From the IMG/VR virus record IMGVR_UViG_3300032523_001510: 20,000 nucleotides of DNA. One strand, written 5' to 3'. Shown in pieces: positions 7,812 through 16,249 of the stretch (position 1 is the first letter of the stretch; each line of letters begins with the position of its first letter). Source of the DNA: an uncultured virus (IMG/VR IMGVR_UViG_3300032523_001510). Lineage: Duplodnaviria > Heunggongvirae > Uroviricota > Caudoviricetes. The position numbers and the translations under genes were made by a program. Under the pieces are notes generated by a model. That model made no database searches. It worked only from the letters and a program-made list of their open reading frames with translations, and was not told the DNA's origin.

Positions 7812-8669
7812 ATGAAACCTATTGTTAGATGGACAATTGGAGATAAATGTTCTCCTTTGGGCTTAGTTATATTAAGAGAAGCTGTATCTAGTTTTGTGAG
7901 TATTTACAAGCAAATATTCGATTATTATATTCAATACAATTTTGATTGTTTCGATCAAAAACACAAAGAAGAAAAATTAAAAGACGCATTAAAAGATTTG
8001 GATGTAAATTTTAAAAAACAAATATGGTCCGAGATTCCTGTTGGTGTAAACAAACCAGAAAATAAAATTTTTAGTCGTGTAGACAATTTAAAAGATTCTG
8101 GATCTATTTGGAAAATATGTCCACCAAGAATAAATATAAAAACTCATGAAATAATCATGGACAATGATATTGTTATATACAAAAAGATACCAGAAATAGA
8201 TCAATTTTTAAATTCACATGATAAGTTGTTGGTCTTAGAAGATCCAATAAAATATTATGGTGTTTATTATAAAAATCATGATGATTCTAAGGTTTTAAAT
8301 TCTGGTTTATTTGGATTGTATCCTGATTATGATTTCTCAGAAAATTTAAAATATTTTTGGAACGAAAATGGTAGCTTTAAAAAATTGTCTTATTCAGATG
8401 AGCAAGGTTTTATATGTGGGGTTCTAAGAAGAAGCAACAACATTGTAATATCTAAAAATACAATTGTAGAGATGCATTGCAAGGGATTATGTAAAAACTA
8501 TAAACCAAATATAAAGACTGATAATTTTATGATGGAATACACTAATGATTTGTTTAATGAATTTTACAATAACGGATGTGGTATTCACTTTGTACAAAGC
8601 AACACGAAAGATCATCATTTGGCTTGGGATTTTTTCAAGAAAAAAAGAACTAAAAAATTATTTGTTTAA
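7812..8669 (+). CDS. Putative GT-A fold glycosyltransferase
   Basis: DxD motif IIMDNDIV, LNSGLF, DEQG and IHF, a GT8-like series of motifs. AAGGA SD. Confidence 0.65.
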   Translation: MKPIVRWTIGDKCSPLGLVILREAVSSFVSIYKQIFDYYIQYNFDCFDQKHKEEKLKDALKDLDVNFKKQIWSEIPVGVNKPENKIFSRVDNLKDSGSIWKICPPRINIKTHEIIMDNDIVIYKKIPEIDQFLNSHDKLLVLEDPIKYYGVYYKNHDDSKVLNSGLFGLYPDYDFSENLKYFWNENGSFKKLSYSDEQGFICGVLRRSNNIVISKNTIVEMHCKGLCKNYKPNIKTDNFMMEYTNDLFNEFYNNGCGIHFVQSNTKDHHLAWDFFKKKRTKKLFV

Positions 8670-9784
8670 ATTAATTTTTGTGCTTTTTGTATGGCTGATG
8701 ACATAGAAGCATCGAGATCGAGATATTTATATTCGCCTAATCTTCCTCCAAATGTTATGTTTGATAAGTCTTTTTTTAATTTAAAATATTTAGAATATAA
8801 AATTGAATTTGTTTCATCTCTGATTGGGTAGTACGGTTCTGGGTTTTCTGCGAACGAAATAGGGTGATCGAATGATACAACTGTTGATTCTTTGGTTTCG
8901 ATTTTGTGATCATAGTGTTTTTGTTGATTTTTTTGAAGGTGCTTGTGTTCGATGCTTCTTAAGTACGGAGTGGATAGGTCCACATGATTAAATACTGCGT
9001 TTCCTTGATAGTCTCCTGTAAACACCTTATGTTCGAATCTTAAAGTGTTATATTCAAGTTTTCCAAATTCATAGTTAAAAAACTTATCTATTGGTCCTGT
9101 GTAGACCAAGTGATTTGCCATATTTTGCCATTTTGGAATGTTGTAAAAATCTTCATTAAGTTTCACATCAATGCCATCAAGCATATTTTCTATAAGTTTG
9201 GTGTAACCGTGTTTGGGAACACCTTGGTATTTTGTGGTAAAATAATTTTCTTCATATGTAAGTCTGATTGGAAGTCTTCGAATTATAGATGATGGTAATT
9301 CTCTTGGTTCTTTCATCCATTGCTTTTTTGTATATCCGTAGAAAAATAATTCGTAAATTTGACTGCCGACTTTATCTAAAATCCATTCTTCGAAGTTCCT
9401 TGGGTATTCGCAAGGTATTCTAACTTCATTGAGTTTTATTCGAGCTTCTTCTGGTGTGACGACTCCCCAAAGTTGATGAAGTGTCATCATGTTTATTGGG
9501 AAAGAATAGACTTTATTATTAGATAGTATTTTTGGTTTATTGATAAAAGGTTCGATTGTGCAAAATCTTGATATAAATTTATAAATTTCATCACTATTGC
9601 AGTGCCATATATGTGCGCCATATGAAGAAATTATTTGTCCGTTTTCGTGCGTGTAATCATGTGCTGCGCCTGCAACATGGTAATTTTTATCTATTAATAG
9701 GCACTTTTTGCCAGCATCTGTTGCTGTTCTTGCAAAAGTAGATCCAAATACACCAGCACCAACGATTAGAAAATCGTATTTCAT
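8666..9784 (-). CDS. glf: UDP-galactopyranose mutase
   Basis: FAD-binding VGAGVFG, YGAHIWH, YTKKQW, YQGVPKHGYT, EPYYP and GRLGEYKYLD motifs; full length at 372 aa. Confidence 0.95.
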   Translation of the reverse strand: MKYDFLIVGAGVFGSTFARTATDAGKKCLLIDKNYHVAGAAHDYTHENGQIISSYGAHIWHCNSDEIYKFISRFCTIEPFINKPKILSNNKVYSFPINMMTLHQLWGVVTPEEARIKLNEVRIPCEYPRNFEEWILDKVGSQIYELFFYGYTKKQWMKEPRELPSSIIRRLPIRLTYEENYFTTKYQGVPKHGYTKLIENMLDGIDVKLNEDFYNIPKWQNMANHLVYTGPIDKFFNYEFGKLEYNTLRFEHKVFTGDYQGNAVFNHVDLSTPYLRSIEHKHLQKNQQKHYDHKIETKESTVVSFDHPISFAENPEPYYPIRDETNSILYSKYFKLKKDLSNITFGGRLGEYKYLDLDASMSSAIQKAQKLI

Positions 9785-9800
9785 ATTCTATAATAGATTT
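9785..9800. promoter_or_regulatory. Putative bidirectional overlapping -10 elements for two leaderless divergent genes
   Basis: TATAAT on + (9789-9794) lies 6 nt before the ATG at 9801. TATTAT on - (9795-9790) lies 5 nt before the glf ATG. No SD on either side. Confidence 0.45.
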
Positions 9801-10439
9801 ATGTTCAATGATTTTCATCAATATAAAGATTTATTAGAGTCGAAACTTAAAAATGGCATCATAACGCCTAAAATATTATTTAACAGTTGTTCGTTTATTC
9901 ATGATAATTCAAGGCAAGCTCCTGCTTTTTACGACAATACTTGGAGTACTATATATTATTATTTGGGACAAATGGTCGGTGATGTTGAAAATATATGTGA
10001 AGTTAATTTTACATTAGGATTATTTACTTGTGCTTTTTTAAAGCAAAAGTCAGATTTAAAAAACTTTATTGGGTTTTATCCAAAGGATAAACAGAACAAA
10101 AATATTGTTCCTTTTAGGCTGGGGAGATCAAATATCCATAGAAAGGCAAAAAAATGTAATTTTTTTTTGCATGAAGGAGGTTTGTATGATGATGGTTTTA
10201 TTGATAAATTTAAAAAAATTAATCTGGATATGCTAATTTTTTCAGAGATTAATTCTTATAATAATACATTGGAATTTCTTGATTACTTATATCCTTTTGT
10301 TAAGGAAAATGGCTTGATAATTGTAGATGAGTATAACAATAAAGAAGTCAAGGAAGCTACAAATGCTTTTTGTGACAGTAAAAATAAAAAGCCATTTGTA
10401 TTTAAGACGAGATACGGAACTGCTATTTTACAAAAATGA
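9801..10439 (+). CDS. Divergent class I SAM-dependent methyltransferase-like protein
   Basis: ICEVNFTLG (degenerate motif I), LDMLIF and YLYPFVKENGLIIVDE resemble Methyltransf_24/TylF-type folds. ATG 9801 is preferred over 9708, which overlaps glf. Confidence 0.5.
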   Translation: MFNDFHQYKDLLESKLKNGIITPKILFNSCSFIHDNSRQAPAFYDNTWSTIYYYLGQMVGDVENICEVNFTLGLFTCAFLKQKSDLKNFIGFYPKDKQNKNIVPFRLGRSNIHRKAKKCNFFLHEGGLYDDGFIDKFKKINLDMLIFSEINSYNNTLEFLDYLYPFVKENGLIIVDEYNNKEVKEATNAFCDSKNKKPFVFKTRYGTAILQK

Positions 10440-10453
10440 TTTGAGGTAATAAA

Positions 10454-11167
10454 ATGGGATTTGAAGTTGTTTTTAAATATCATGATAAAATTGAAAACGG
10501 GTATGATACTTTAGAAAATAAAACATTTAAAAAGAAGTTTGGAGATCCTTACGAGGATGTTCCTTTAAGTAAATTGGCTTTATTTATAATGGGTCAATTG
10601 GCCAGAAGAGACATATGGATAGTAGATGTTGAAATTAATGAATTTATAAAAAAATCTATTAGTTTCAGGGAAAATAAGAGTGGTATTATTATAAAAAATA
10701 AGAAATTTAGCTTGGACAGCAAACTCGAAGAATCAGTTATTGTCGAAGAGGAAGTAGTTGCTTCTGATAATTCAACGCAACAACAATCAGTAAATGTAGC
10801 TGTTGCAGCCAATAAAATCGTGCATCCTCACGAAGCAATGAAACCCAGTAAAAGACCTATAGGACAAATGATATTTTCACCAGAAGCCCCTCAAATGCAT
10901 GAGGTTTCGAAATTCAAACTTACTATCGATAAGAAGTACCCGATATATGAAAAAAGAATTAGTCCGACAGGTGAGCTATATGTAATTTTGGATGATTTAC
11001 AGCGAGAGACGGTTATTTCAGACAAATATTTTATCCCAGCAGCGATTAATTTAATTGGGGATGAAGAATTCGCAAACCAACAATCTGCATATGTTGGGGC
11101 CACTGTAAAAGAGCCTAAATTAAGTTGGAACGGTGTTGTTACTGATAATATTCCACGTATTAGATAA
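10454..11167 (+). CDS. Hypothetical protein
   Basis: 237-aa ORF with GAGGT SD, co-directional with its neighbours; two apparent domains joined by a low-complexity linker. Confidence 0.8.
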   Translation: MGFEVVFKYHDKIENGYDTLENKTFKKKFGDPYEDVPLSKLALFIMGQLARRDIWIVDVEINEFIKKSISFRENKSGIIIKNKKFSLDSKLEESVIVEEEVVASDNSTQQQSVNVAVAANKIVHPHEAMKPSKRPIGQMIFSPEAPQMHEVSKFKLTIDKKYPIYEKRISPTGELYVILDDLQRETVISDKYFIPAAINLIGDEEFANQQSAYVGATVKEPKLSWNGVVTDNIPRIR

Positions 11168-11179
11168 AGGAGATTTTAA

Positions 11180-11602
11180 ATGAACAAGCAAGAAAAAAAC
11201 AAACAAAAGAAGAAAAACGAGCGTAATAAAAGAGTTAAATTAAAATTGGCCAACAGAAGGGAATATGCTCGAAAAGAAAGAAAAATTGTTTTAGAAGAAG
11301 AAAGAGCGAAAAGAGAAACAGAATTATTGGTCAACGGAAAGCAAAAGCCGATTGTTAATGATATAAATAAATCAAAAGAGGTAGCGAAATTGAAAGAAGA
11401 ATTAATAAAAGAACAATTAGAAAAAAACTTGCAAATCCTTCAAGCACTAGAAGACCAATATGATTTGGAACAAAAAAATAGAACAGAATTAAATCAACGG
11501 CTTGAAAGCGAAGGTCATTTTACGCTTAGAGAAAAACTAGACGCTTTGCACAAAAACAATTTAGAGTCGCATGAGATTTCTGAAGATACAAAAGAACAGT
11601 AA
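11180..11602 (+). CDS. Hypothetical basic coiled-coil protein
   Basis: AGGAG SD; K/R/E-rich helical sequence. Confidence 0.75.
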   Translation: MNKQEKNKQKKKNERNKRVKLKLANRREYARKERKIVLEEERAKRETELLVNGKQKPIVNDINKSKEVAKLKEELIKEQLEKNLQILQALEDQYDLEQKNRTELNQRLESEGHFTLREKLDALHKNNLESHEISEDTKEQ

Positions 11603-11713
11603 AAGTTTTTTTTAAAATTCCAAAGATTTTTTCATTTTGGGCTAAACAAATTTAATCCTCGTGTTATTCTGTGGTGACGACTTACTAACCACTTTTTGAA
11701 ACGAGGAAAAATT

Positions 11714-12727
11714 ATGTCATTTGATTATGAACCCTTAGACATCTCTGCTATTGCTCAAGAAAGCCAATTGATTAACGATGATAGCGGTAGTACTGGAAAA
11801 TCCAAGTACTTAGAAACATATGTTAGGCTTCCACAAGAGGAAGGCTTTGTGCTTGTAAGATTTCTTCCCGGCAAAAAAGGACAAAAGTTCTTTTGGGCGG
11901 AAACTAGAATTCACGCTCTTACAAATCCTTCTATTACCGATCCTATGTTCAGAAAAAGAACATTTCATTGCAGAAACACAAGAATAGAGGGTACTAAAAA
12001 GTATTCTGGTGATTGTATCATATGCAAGTACTATCAGAAGCTATGGAGAGATTCAGATGCTGCTCGTTCTGAAAAAGAAAAAGAAGAATTGCAAAGTGCA
12101 GCTAGGGCTATCAAGCCAGCAGAAAGATATTACTACAACTGTGTTGTTAGAAGTGAAAAAGACTTTAACAGCGGAGAAACAAAGAAAAATGTTGGTCCTA
12201 AGATTTATTCGTGTGGCGTTCAAGTATATGGCAAAATCGTAAGGTCGATTACTGGCGATGAAAAACTTGGCGAACCACGACTCGGAGATGTTACACATCC
12301 CAAGACTGGTAGAGACTTTAGGATTGTAAAGAAGATAAAAGCATCTGGTACTAGAGACTTTCCTAATTATGATTTGTCAAAATTTGAAGAATCATCAGTT
12401 GTAGGTACAGCAGATGAGTTCAGGCAATGGATGGACAATCTTCATGATCTTCAAGCCTTAAAAGTAATCAAGAGTAACGAAGAGCTTACAACGGCTTTGA
12501 AAGTTCATCTTGGCCAGATCAGAGAAGGTGGAGATGATGATTCGTTATCGGAAATCGTGAATAATTCAAAGGTTTCTTCTAATGTCAAAGATCATGTTGC
12601 CGAAAGACCTGCAAAACAGGAAGTTGCAAGTAAACCTGCAAAGGTTGAAGCGATAGAAGGCAATATGGATGATCTTGCTGACTTAGTTGGAAATGATGAT
12701 TTCATGAAGGAATTAAGCGGAATGTAA
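11714..12727 (+). CDS. Single-stranded DNA-binding protein, T4 gp32-like
   Basis: VRFLP, putative Zn site HC...DCIIC, RYYYNCVVR, GPKIYSCG, GRDFRIVK, FPNYDLSKF and an acidic C-terminal tail. GAGG SD before the ATG at 11714. Confidence 0.85.
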   Translation: MSFDYEPLDISAIAQESQLINDDSGSTGKSKYLETYVRLPQEEGFVLVRFLPGKKGQKFFWAETRIHALTNPSITDPMFRKRTFHCRNTRIEGTKKYSGDCIICKYYQKLWRDSDAARSEKEKEELQSAARAIKPAERYYYNCVVRSEKDFNSGETKKNVGPKIYSCGVQVYGKIVRSITGDEKLGEPRLGDVTHPKTGRDFRIVKKIKASGTRDFPNYDLSKFEESSVVGTADEFRQWMDNLHDLQALKVIKSNEELTTALKVHLGQIREGGDDDSLSEIVNNSKVSSNVKDHVAERPAKQEVASKPAKVEAIEGNMDDLADLVGNDDFMKELSGM

Positions 12728-12744
12728 TTTGATTGGTCAATTAC

Positions 12745-12779
12745 AACGGCACGATTATGTAAAAAATAATTGTGCCGTT
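12745..12779. terminator. Stem-loop between SSB and recombinase genes (terminator or attenuator)
   Basis: aacggcacgattat-gtaaaaa-ataattgtgccgtt forms a 14-bp stem with one G-U pair, followed by an AT-rich tract. Confidence 0.6.
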
Positions 12780-12815
12780 ATTTAAATATTTATTTTTAAA
12801 CTATAAGGAGCGAAG

Positions 12816-14027
12816 ATGGCTAAGAAAAAAAATGAAAGTTCGATGGATGATTTCTTTTCTTCGATGGCAAAAGCAACTGGTGGAGATGTTTTGAATGAAA
12901 TCGATTCGGTAAAGTATTTTATTGATTCTGGAAATCTTGCTATAAATTATATTTGCAGTGGAAGGTTTATTGATGGTGGTATTCCCGGTGGTAAATTGAC
13001 TGAGATTTACGGCCCATCGTCATCATCTAAGTCTTTGGTTGGATCTAATATTTTGTATGGTTGCCAGAAAATAAACGGCATACCAATTTTGTTAGATTGT
13101 GAAAATTCTGCAAATAAAGAATTTATCAAAAAGGCAAGTCATTGTGATCTCAAAAGGGTTCTTAGGTACACACCACAGACACTAGAAGATGTTTTTAAGC
13201 AAAAATACACTTCAATAGATTACATTCGCAAATCCGAAGGCAAAGACATACCAATAGCTATTGTTTACGATAGTATTAGCGTAAGTCCTTGTGCTAGAGA
13301 ATTCAGAGAAATCAAGCTGCCAGACGGATATAGCGAAGCTGATTTCAAGAGAATAGTTGGAGCGCATGAGCAGCCGGGAGAAAGAGCTAAAATTTGTTCT
13401 AGAGAGCTTAGGAAATTAAATACTGTGATGGAAAAGAATAACGCAACTGTAGTTATTCTTAATCAGACCAGAAATAAAATTGGAACCTATGGCAATCCAG
13501 AAACAACTGGCGGTGGTGGTGCTGCTCTTGAATTTTATGCTTCTTGTAGATTAAGAACTCAAACTCTTAAGAAAATAGAAGAAAAAATTTCATCCAAAAG
13601 CACTAGAACTCTTGGTGTTTATGTTAGGGTGCAAAACAGGAAAAATAAAACCCATAGACCGTTTATTTCTACGGATAATATTCAGTTATTGTTTGAACAT
13701 GGGATAAATCCAGTTAGCGGATTGCTTACATGTTTGCTTGATTGCAGAAAGATAGAAGCAAAAAGTGCTGGTAACTTCACAGTTAATCCTAAATTAACCG
13801 ATGGAAAAGAAATAAACTTTAAAGCATCGGTTGACAGGAATGATGTTCCTATAGAAATTTTATTGAAATGCCCAGCTTTGATAGATGCTACTACGGAACA
13901 AGAAGTTAGCGACTATTTGGCACCGTTTCATAATGCTATAAACTTCAATCCTTCTAAAGATGTTGTAGAAACGGAAGTCAGGTCGGAAGACGAAGAAGAC
14001 TCAATGCTTGATGAAGAATTGAATTAA
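12816..14027 (+). CDS. RecA/UvsX-family recombinase
   Basis: GGIPGGKLTEIYGPSSSSKS (Walker A variant), LDCEN, IVYDSI (Walker B), LNQTR, GNPETTGGGGAALEFYASCRL. AAGGAG SD. Confidence 0.92.
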   Translation: MAKKKNESSMDDFFSSMAKATGGDVLNEIDSVKYFIDSGNLAINYICSGRFIDGGIPGGKLTEIYGPSSSSKSLVGSNILYGCQKINGIPILLDCENSANKEFIKKASHCDLKRVLRYTPQTLEDVFKQKYTSIDYIRKSEGKDIPIAIVYDSISVSPCAREFREIKLPDGYSEADFKRIVGAHEQPGERAKICSRELRKLNTVMEKNNATVVILNQTRNKIGTYGNPETTGGGGAALEFYASCRLRTQTLKKIEEKISSKSTRTLGVYVRVQNRKNKTHRPFISTDNIQLLFEHGINPVSGLLTCLLDCRKIEAKSAGNFTVNPKLTDGKEINFKASVDRNDVPIEILLKCPALIDATTEQEVSDYLAPFHNAINFNPSKDVVETEVRSEDEEDSMLDEELN

Positions 14028-14037
14028 ATAACTTTTA

Positions 14038-14073
14038 TAGCCAGTGGTAGCCTTATTGGATTATCACTGGCTA
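14038..14073. terminator. Hairpin between convergent genes
   Basis: tagccagtggta...tatcactggcta forms a 12-bp stem with one G-U pair, overlapping the stop codon of the minus-strand gene. Confidence 0.6.
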
Positions 14074-14495
14074 ATATAAGTGTATTCATGTCCTTCAAAA
14101 TTACATTTTTGTCCTTGTAAAAGAATGGATTCAAATTTTTCTCCATCTTTGTTAGTAATTAAATTCCAACAATATACTTTTCTATTTTTTTGATAAAATT
14201 CTGTCAATGTAAGTGTGCCGTCTCCTAGAAAAACTTTTCCAACTTTTAAAACAACAAGAAAAGGTATGAATGGGGAGTGTTCTCCTATGATTTGAACTGT
14301 TTCAAAAAAATGACTATTGTAATCTGATTTTGTATAATAAATATTAATTAAAGATCCATCAACGCATATTGTCGCACTTCTTAAAAAATCAAAATCCGAT
14401 TCTTCCGATGGGCTTATTTTTGGAAAAGTAAAATTCACTATAAGATTCGATGCTGCTTTCAAATCTCTTGCTATTGTTTGTAAATTTCTTGCCAT
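14064..14495 (-). CDS. Hypothetical protein
   Basis: 143-aa ORF with GGAGG SD. Confidence 0.75.
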   Translation of the reverse strand: MARNLQTIARDLKAASNLIVNFTFPKISPSEESDFDFLRSATICVDGSLINIYYTKSDYNSHFFETVQIIGEHSPFIPFLVVLKVGKVFLGDGTLTLTEFYQKNRKVYCWNLITNKDGEKFESILLQGQKCNFEGHEYTYISQ

Positions 14496-14517
14496 TTTTC
14501 CTCCATTAAAATATATA

Positions 14518-15465
14518 TTAAATCATTGATTTGATTTGTTCGTAAGCGTGTTGTCTACTTTCTAAATTTGAAAACCCAATAATTTTTTTTGAAATTAAAT
14601 TTCGCTTGATTCTTTTAATCAGCCAATTTTTAATTTCTGTTAATTCTTTGGTTAATTCATAATCATTGTTCATCTTTAGAAGAGAAAAAAAATCATGTGG
14701 ATCAATCCAGCAATAGCCAGACATGTAGTCGTTTTCTCTATATGTCTCTGGCATTCCTTTTTTGATGCAACACTCACAAAAATGTAAAATTAGTTTAATC
14801 CAATTCCTCATATCGTCTGCATTGTTGCAGCAATCATTGTCCATTATTCTGAATTCTATTGTGTCTCTTCTTTTGTTTTTTTTATGATAAGTATTCAAGC
14901 TGTAATATTTGACTACCCCAAAAAGATTCATTAATTCGCTTAATGTATAGAAGCTAGAATTTACTTTAAACATTTTGTTCATACTTATGAACATGCAATA
15001 GGAGTTTAACTTTCTGCAATCCATTACAGAATCAAAAAAAATCGGTTCGCATTTAATCCACCAAGTTAAAATGCTTAGTAGTTTTTTATCTGTCATATCA
15101 GAAACATCTACATGAACATGAACAGAGCATCTCTTATCGGCAGAAAAATTGTTTTTATCAATCAGATCAACAACATCACAAACTTTTTCTATGCCATGTA
15201 TTCCTTTGAGTACTGGGGATACAATTTCTATTCCGCAGCTACTATCGGGTTTAACACCCCAATTAGAATTATTGTGATCGTTTTGCCATTTTGTTACAAC
15301 TACATTCGTGCAAAGAGTCTTGCTTATTTTACAGGCAACTTCTTCGATTCCTTTTGGCAAAAGTTTATCGTTTAGTGGTTTGCTCAATAAGTCAAAAGCG
15401 TTTAATTCTATTTCTACGCCAAAACGCCTATTGCTTTCATAATTTGAAATTTCTTTAGAGTCCAT
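14518..15465 (-). CDS. Putative amidoligase (COOH-NH2 ligase type 2 / Amidoligase_2-like)
   Basis: RRFGVEIE, DSSCGIEIVSPVL, CSVHVHV, KYYSLN and TIEFR, the characteristic motif series. Confidence 0.8.
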   Translation of the reverse strand: MDSKEISNYESNRRFGVEIELNAFDLLSKPLNDKLLPKGIEEVACKISKTLCTNVVVTKWQNDHNNSNWGVKPDSSCGIEIVSPVLKGIHGIEKVCDVVDLIDKNNFSADKRCSVHVHVDVSDMTDKKLLSILTWWIKCEPIFFDSVMDCRKLNSYCMFISMNKMFKVNSSFYTLSELMNLFGVVKYYSLNTYHKKNKRRDTIEFRIMDNDCCNNADDMRNWIKLILHFCECCIKKGMPETYRENDYMSGYCWIDPHDFFSLLKMNNDYELTKELTEIKNWLIKRIKRNLISKKIIGFSNLESRQHAYEQIKSMI

Positions 15466-15594
15466 AACACCTGATTTTTATGATATATATATCATACATT
15501 TTAAATGTATAAAAACCAAAAAATACGGTTGTGGAATTTATATATACATTGTTATTTGTCAAAATTCATCTCACTCTTAATAAGAGGTTTTGCC

Positions 15595-15894
15595 ATGAGT
15601 ATAAATAAAATACAGTCTGGTATTATAGAGCATCTTTTGAAACATGGACAAGTTAGTCTTTTACTTCCCGATGGAATGGAGCTAGAAATAGGAATAACCC
15701 AAGAAGAACAGGACGGCAAATTAGTCAAAAAGAAAGACTATTGCTGGGTTATAGCGTCTCATAATGGAAGATCCACAAGTATCGATCCATATAATATGGG
15801 ATTAAGATTTTATCAGGATGATAATTCAATCATATTAGAAGATAATTTTTTAGATTTTAATGGCGAAAAAATAAAAAGATTAGATGTTGTTTGA
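15595..15894 (+). CDS. Hypothetical protein
   Basis: ATG at 15595 with AGAGGT SD, preferred over the track start at 15505. Confidence 0.7.
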   Translation: MSINKIQSGIIEHLLKHGQVSLLLPDGMELEIGITQEEQDGKLVKKKDYCWVIASHNGRSTSIDPYNMGLRFYQDDNSIILEDNFLDFNGEKIKRLDVV

Positions 15895-15987
15895 TTTGTT
15901 TTTTTGTTAAATCTATAATTTATTAGTGTTTTTTAGTATATCTTTTTTATAAAAGATAATATTTCATTTATTTCGAGGCTCATTTTT

Positions 15988-16236
15988 ATGAAGAGACCGG
16001 AAATTTATTTGCGTGAATATTGTTCAAGATTAACGGATGATCAATTAAATATGTTGGCGACAAAATTGTTCAATAGACAATCTGGCGATGTTGCTGATGT
16101 TTTAAACTTTATGGGATCAGTAAAAGAAATAGACAAATGGTTTGTTTCTTCGACTACTGCTTGGGAATTATATGATATGCTAGATTTAGCTTTAAATGTT
16201 TCAAAAAGAGAATGCGACAAAAGATTTTCTAAATAA
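15988..16236 (+). CDS. Hypothetical small helical protein
   Basis: 82-aa ORF with GAGG upstream, co-directional with its neighbours. Confidence 0.7.
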   Translation: MKRPEIYLREYCSRLTDDQLNMLATKLFNRQSGDVADVLNFMGSVKEIDKWFVSSTTAWELYDMLDLALNVSKRECDKRFSK

Positions 16237-16249
16237 TTAGGTTTATATC

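Noticed and set aside
11660..11713. Hairpin GTGGT...ACCAC plus T-tract upstream of the gp32-like gene as a T4-style autoregulatory element
   Set aside because: The stem is only 5 bp, no pseudoknot is evident, and a candidate extended -10 (TGTTATTCT) would place the transcription start inside it.
949..15375. Short shadow ORFs in the track (949-1158, 3499-3918, 3949-4209, 5079-5549, 5353-5601, 6750-7004, 7096-7281, 9110-9292, 10283-10483, 10594-10812, 10891-11103, 12009-12242, 12053-12298, 15112-15375)
   Set aside because: They overlap better-supported genes in antisense or alternate frames and show no recognisable motifs.
15895..15987. Very AT-rich intergenic stretch as a replication origin or ncRNA
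   Set aside because: No iterons or stable structure were seen; it is consistent with an ordinary promoter region.
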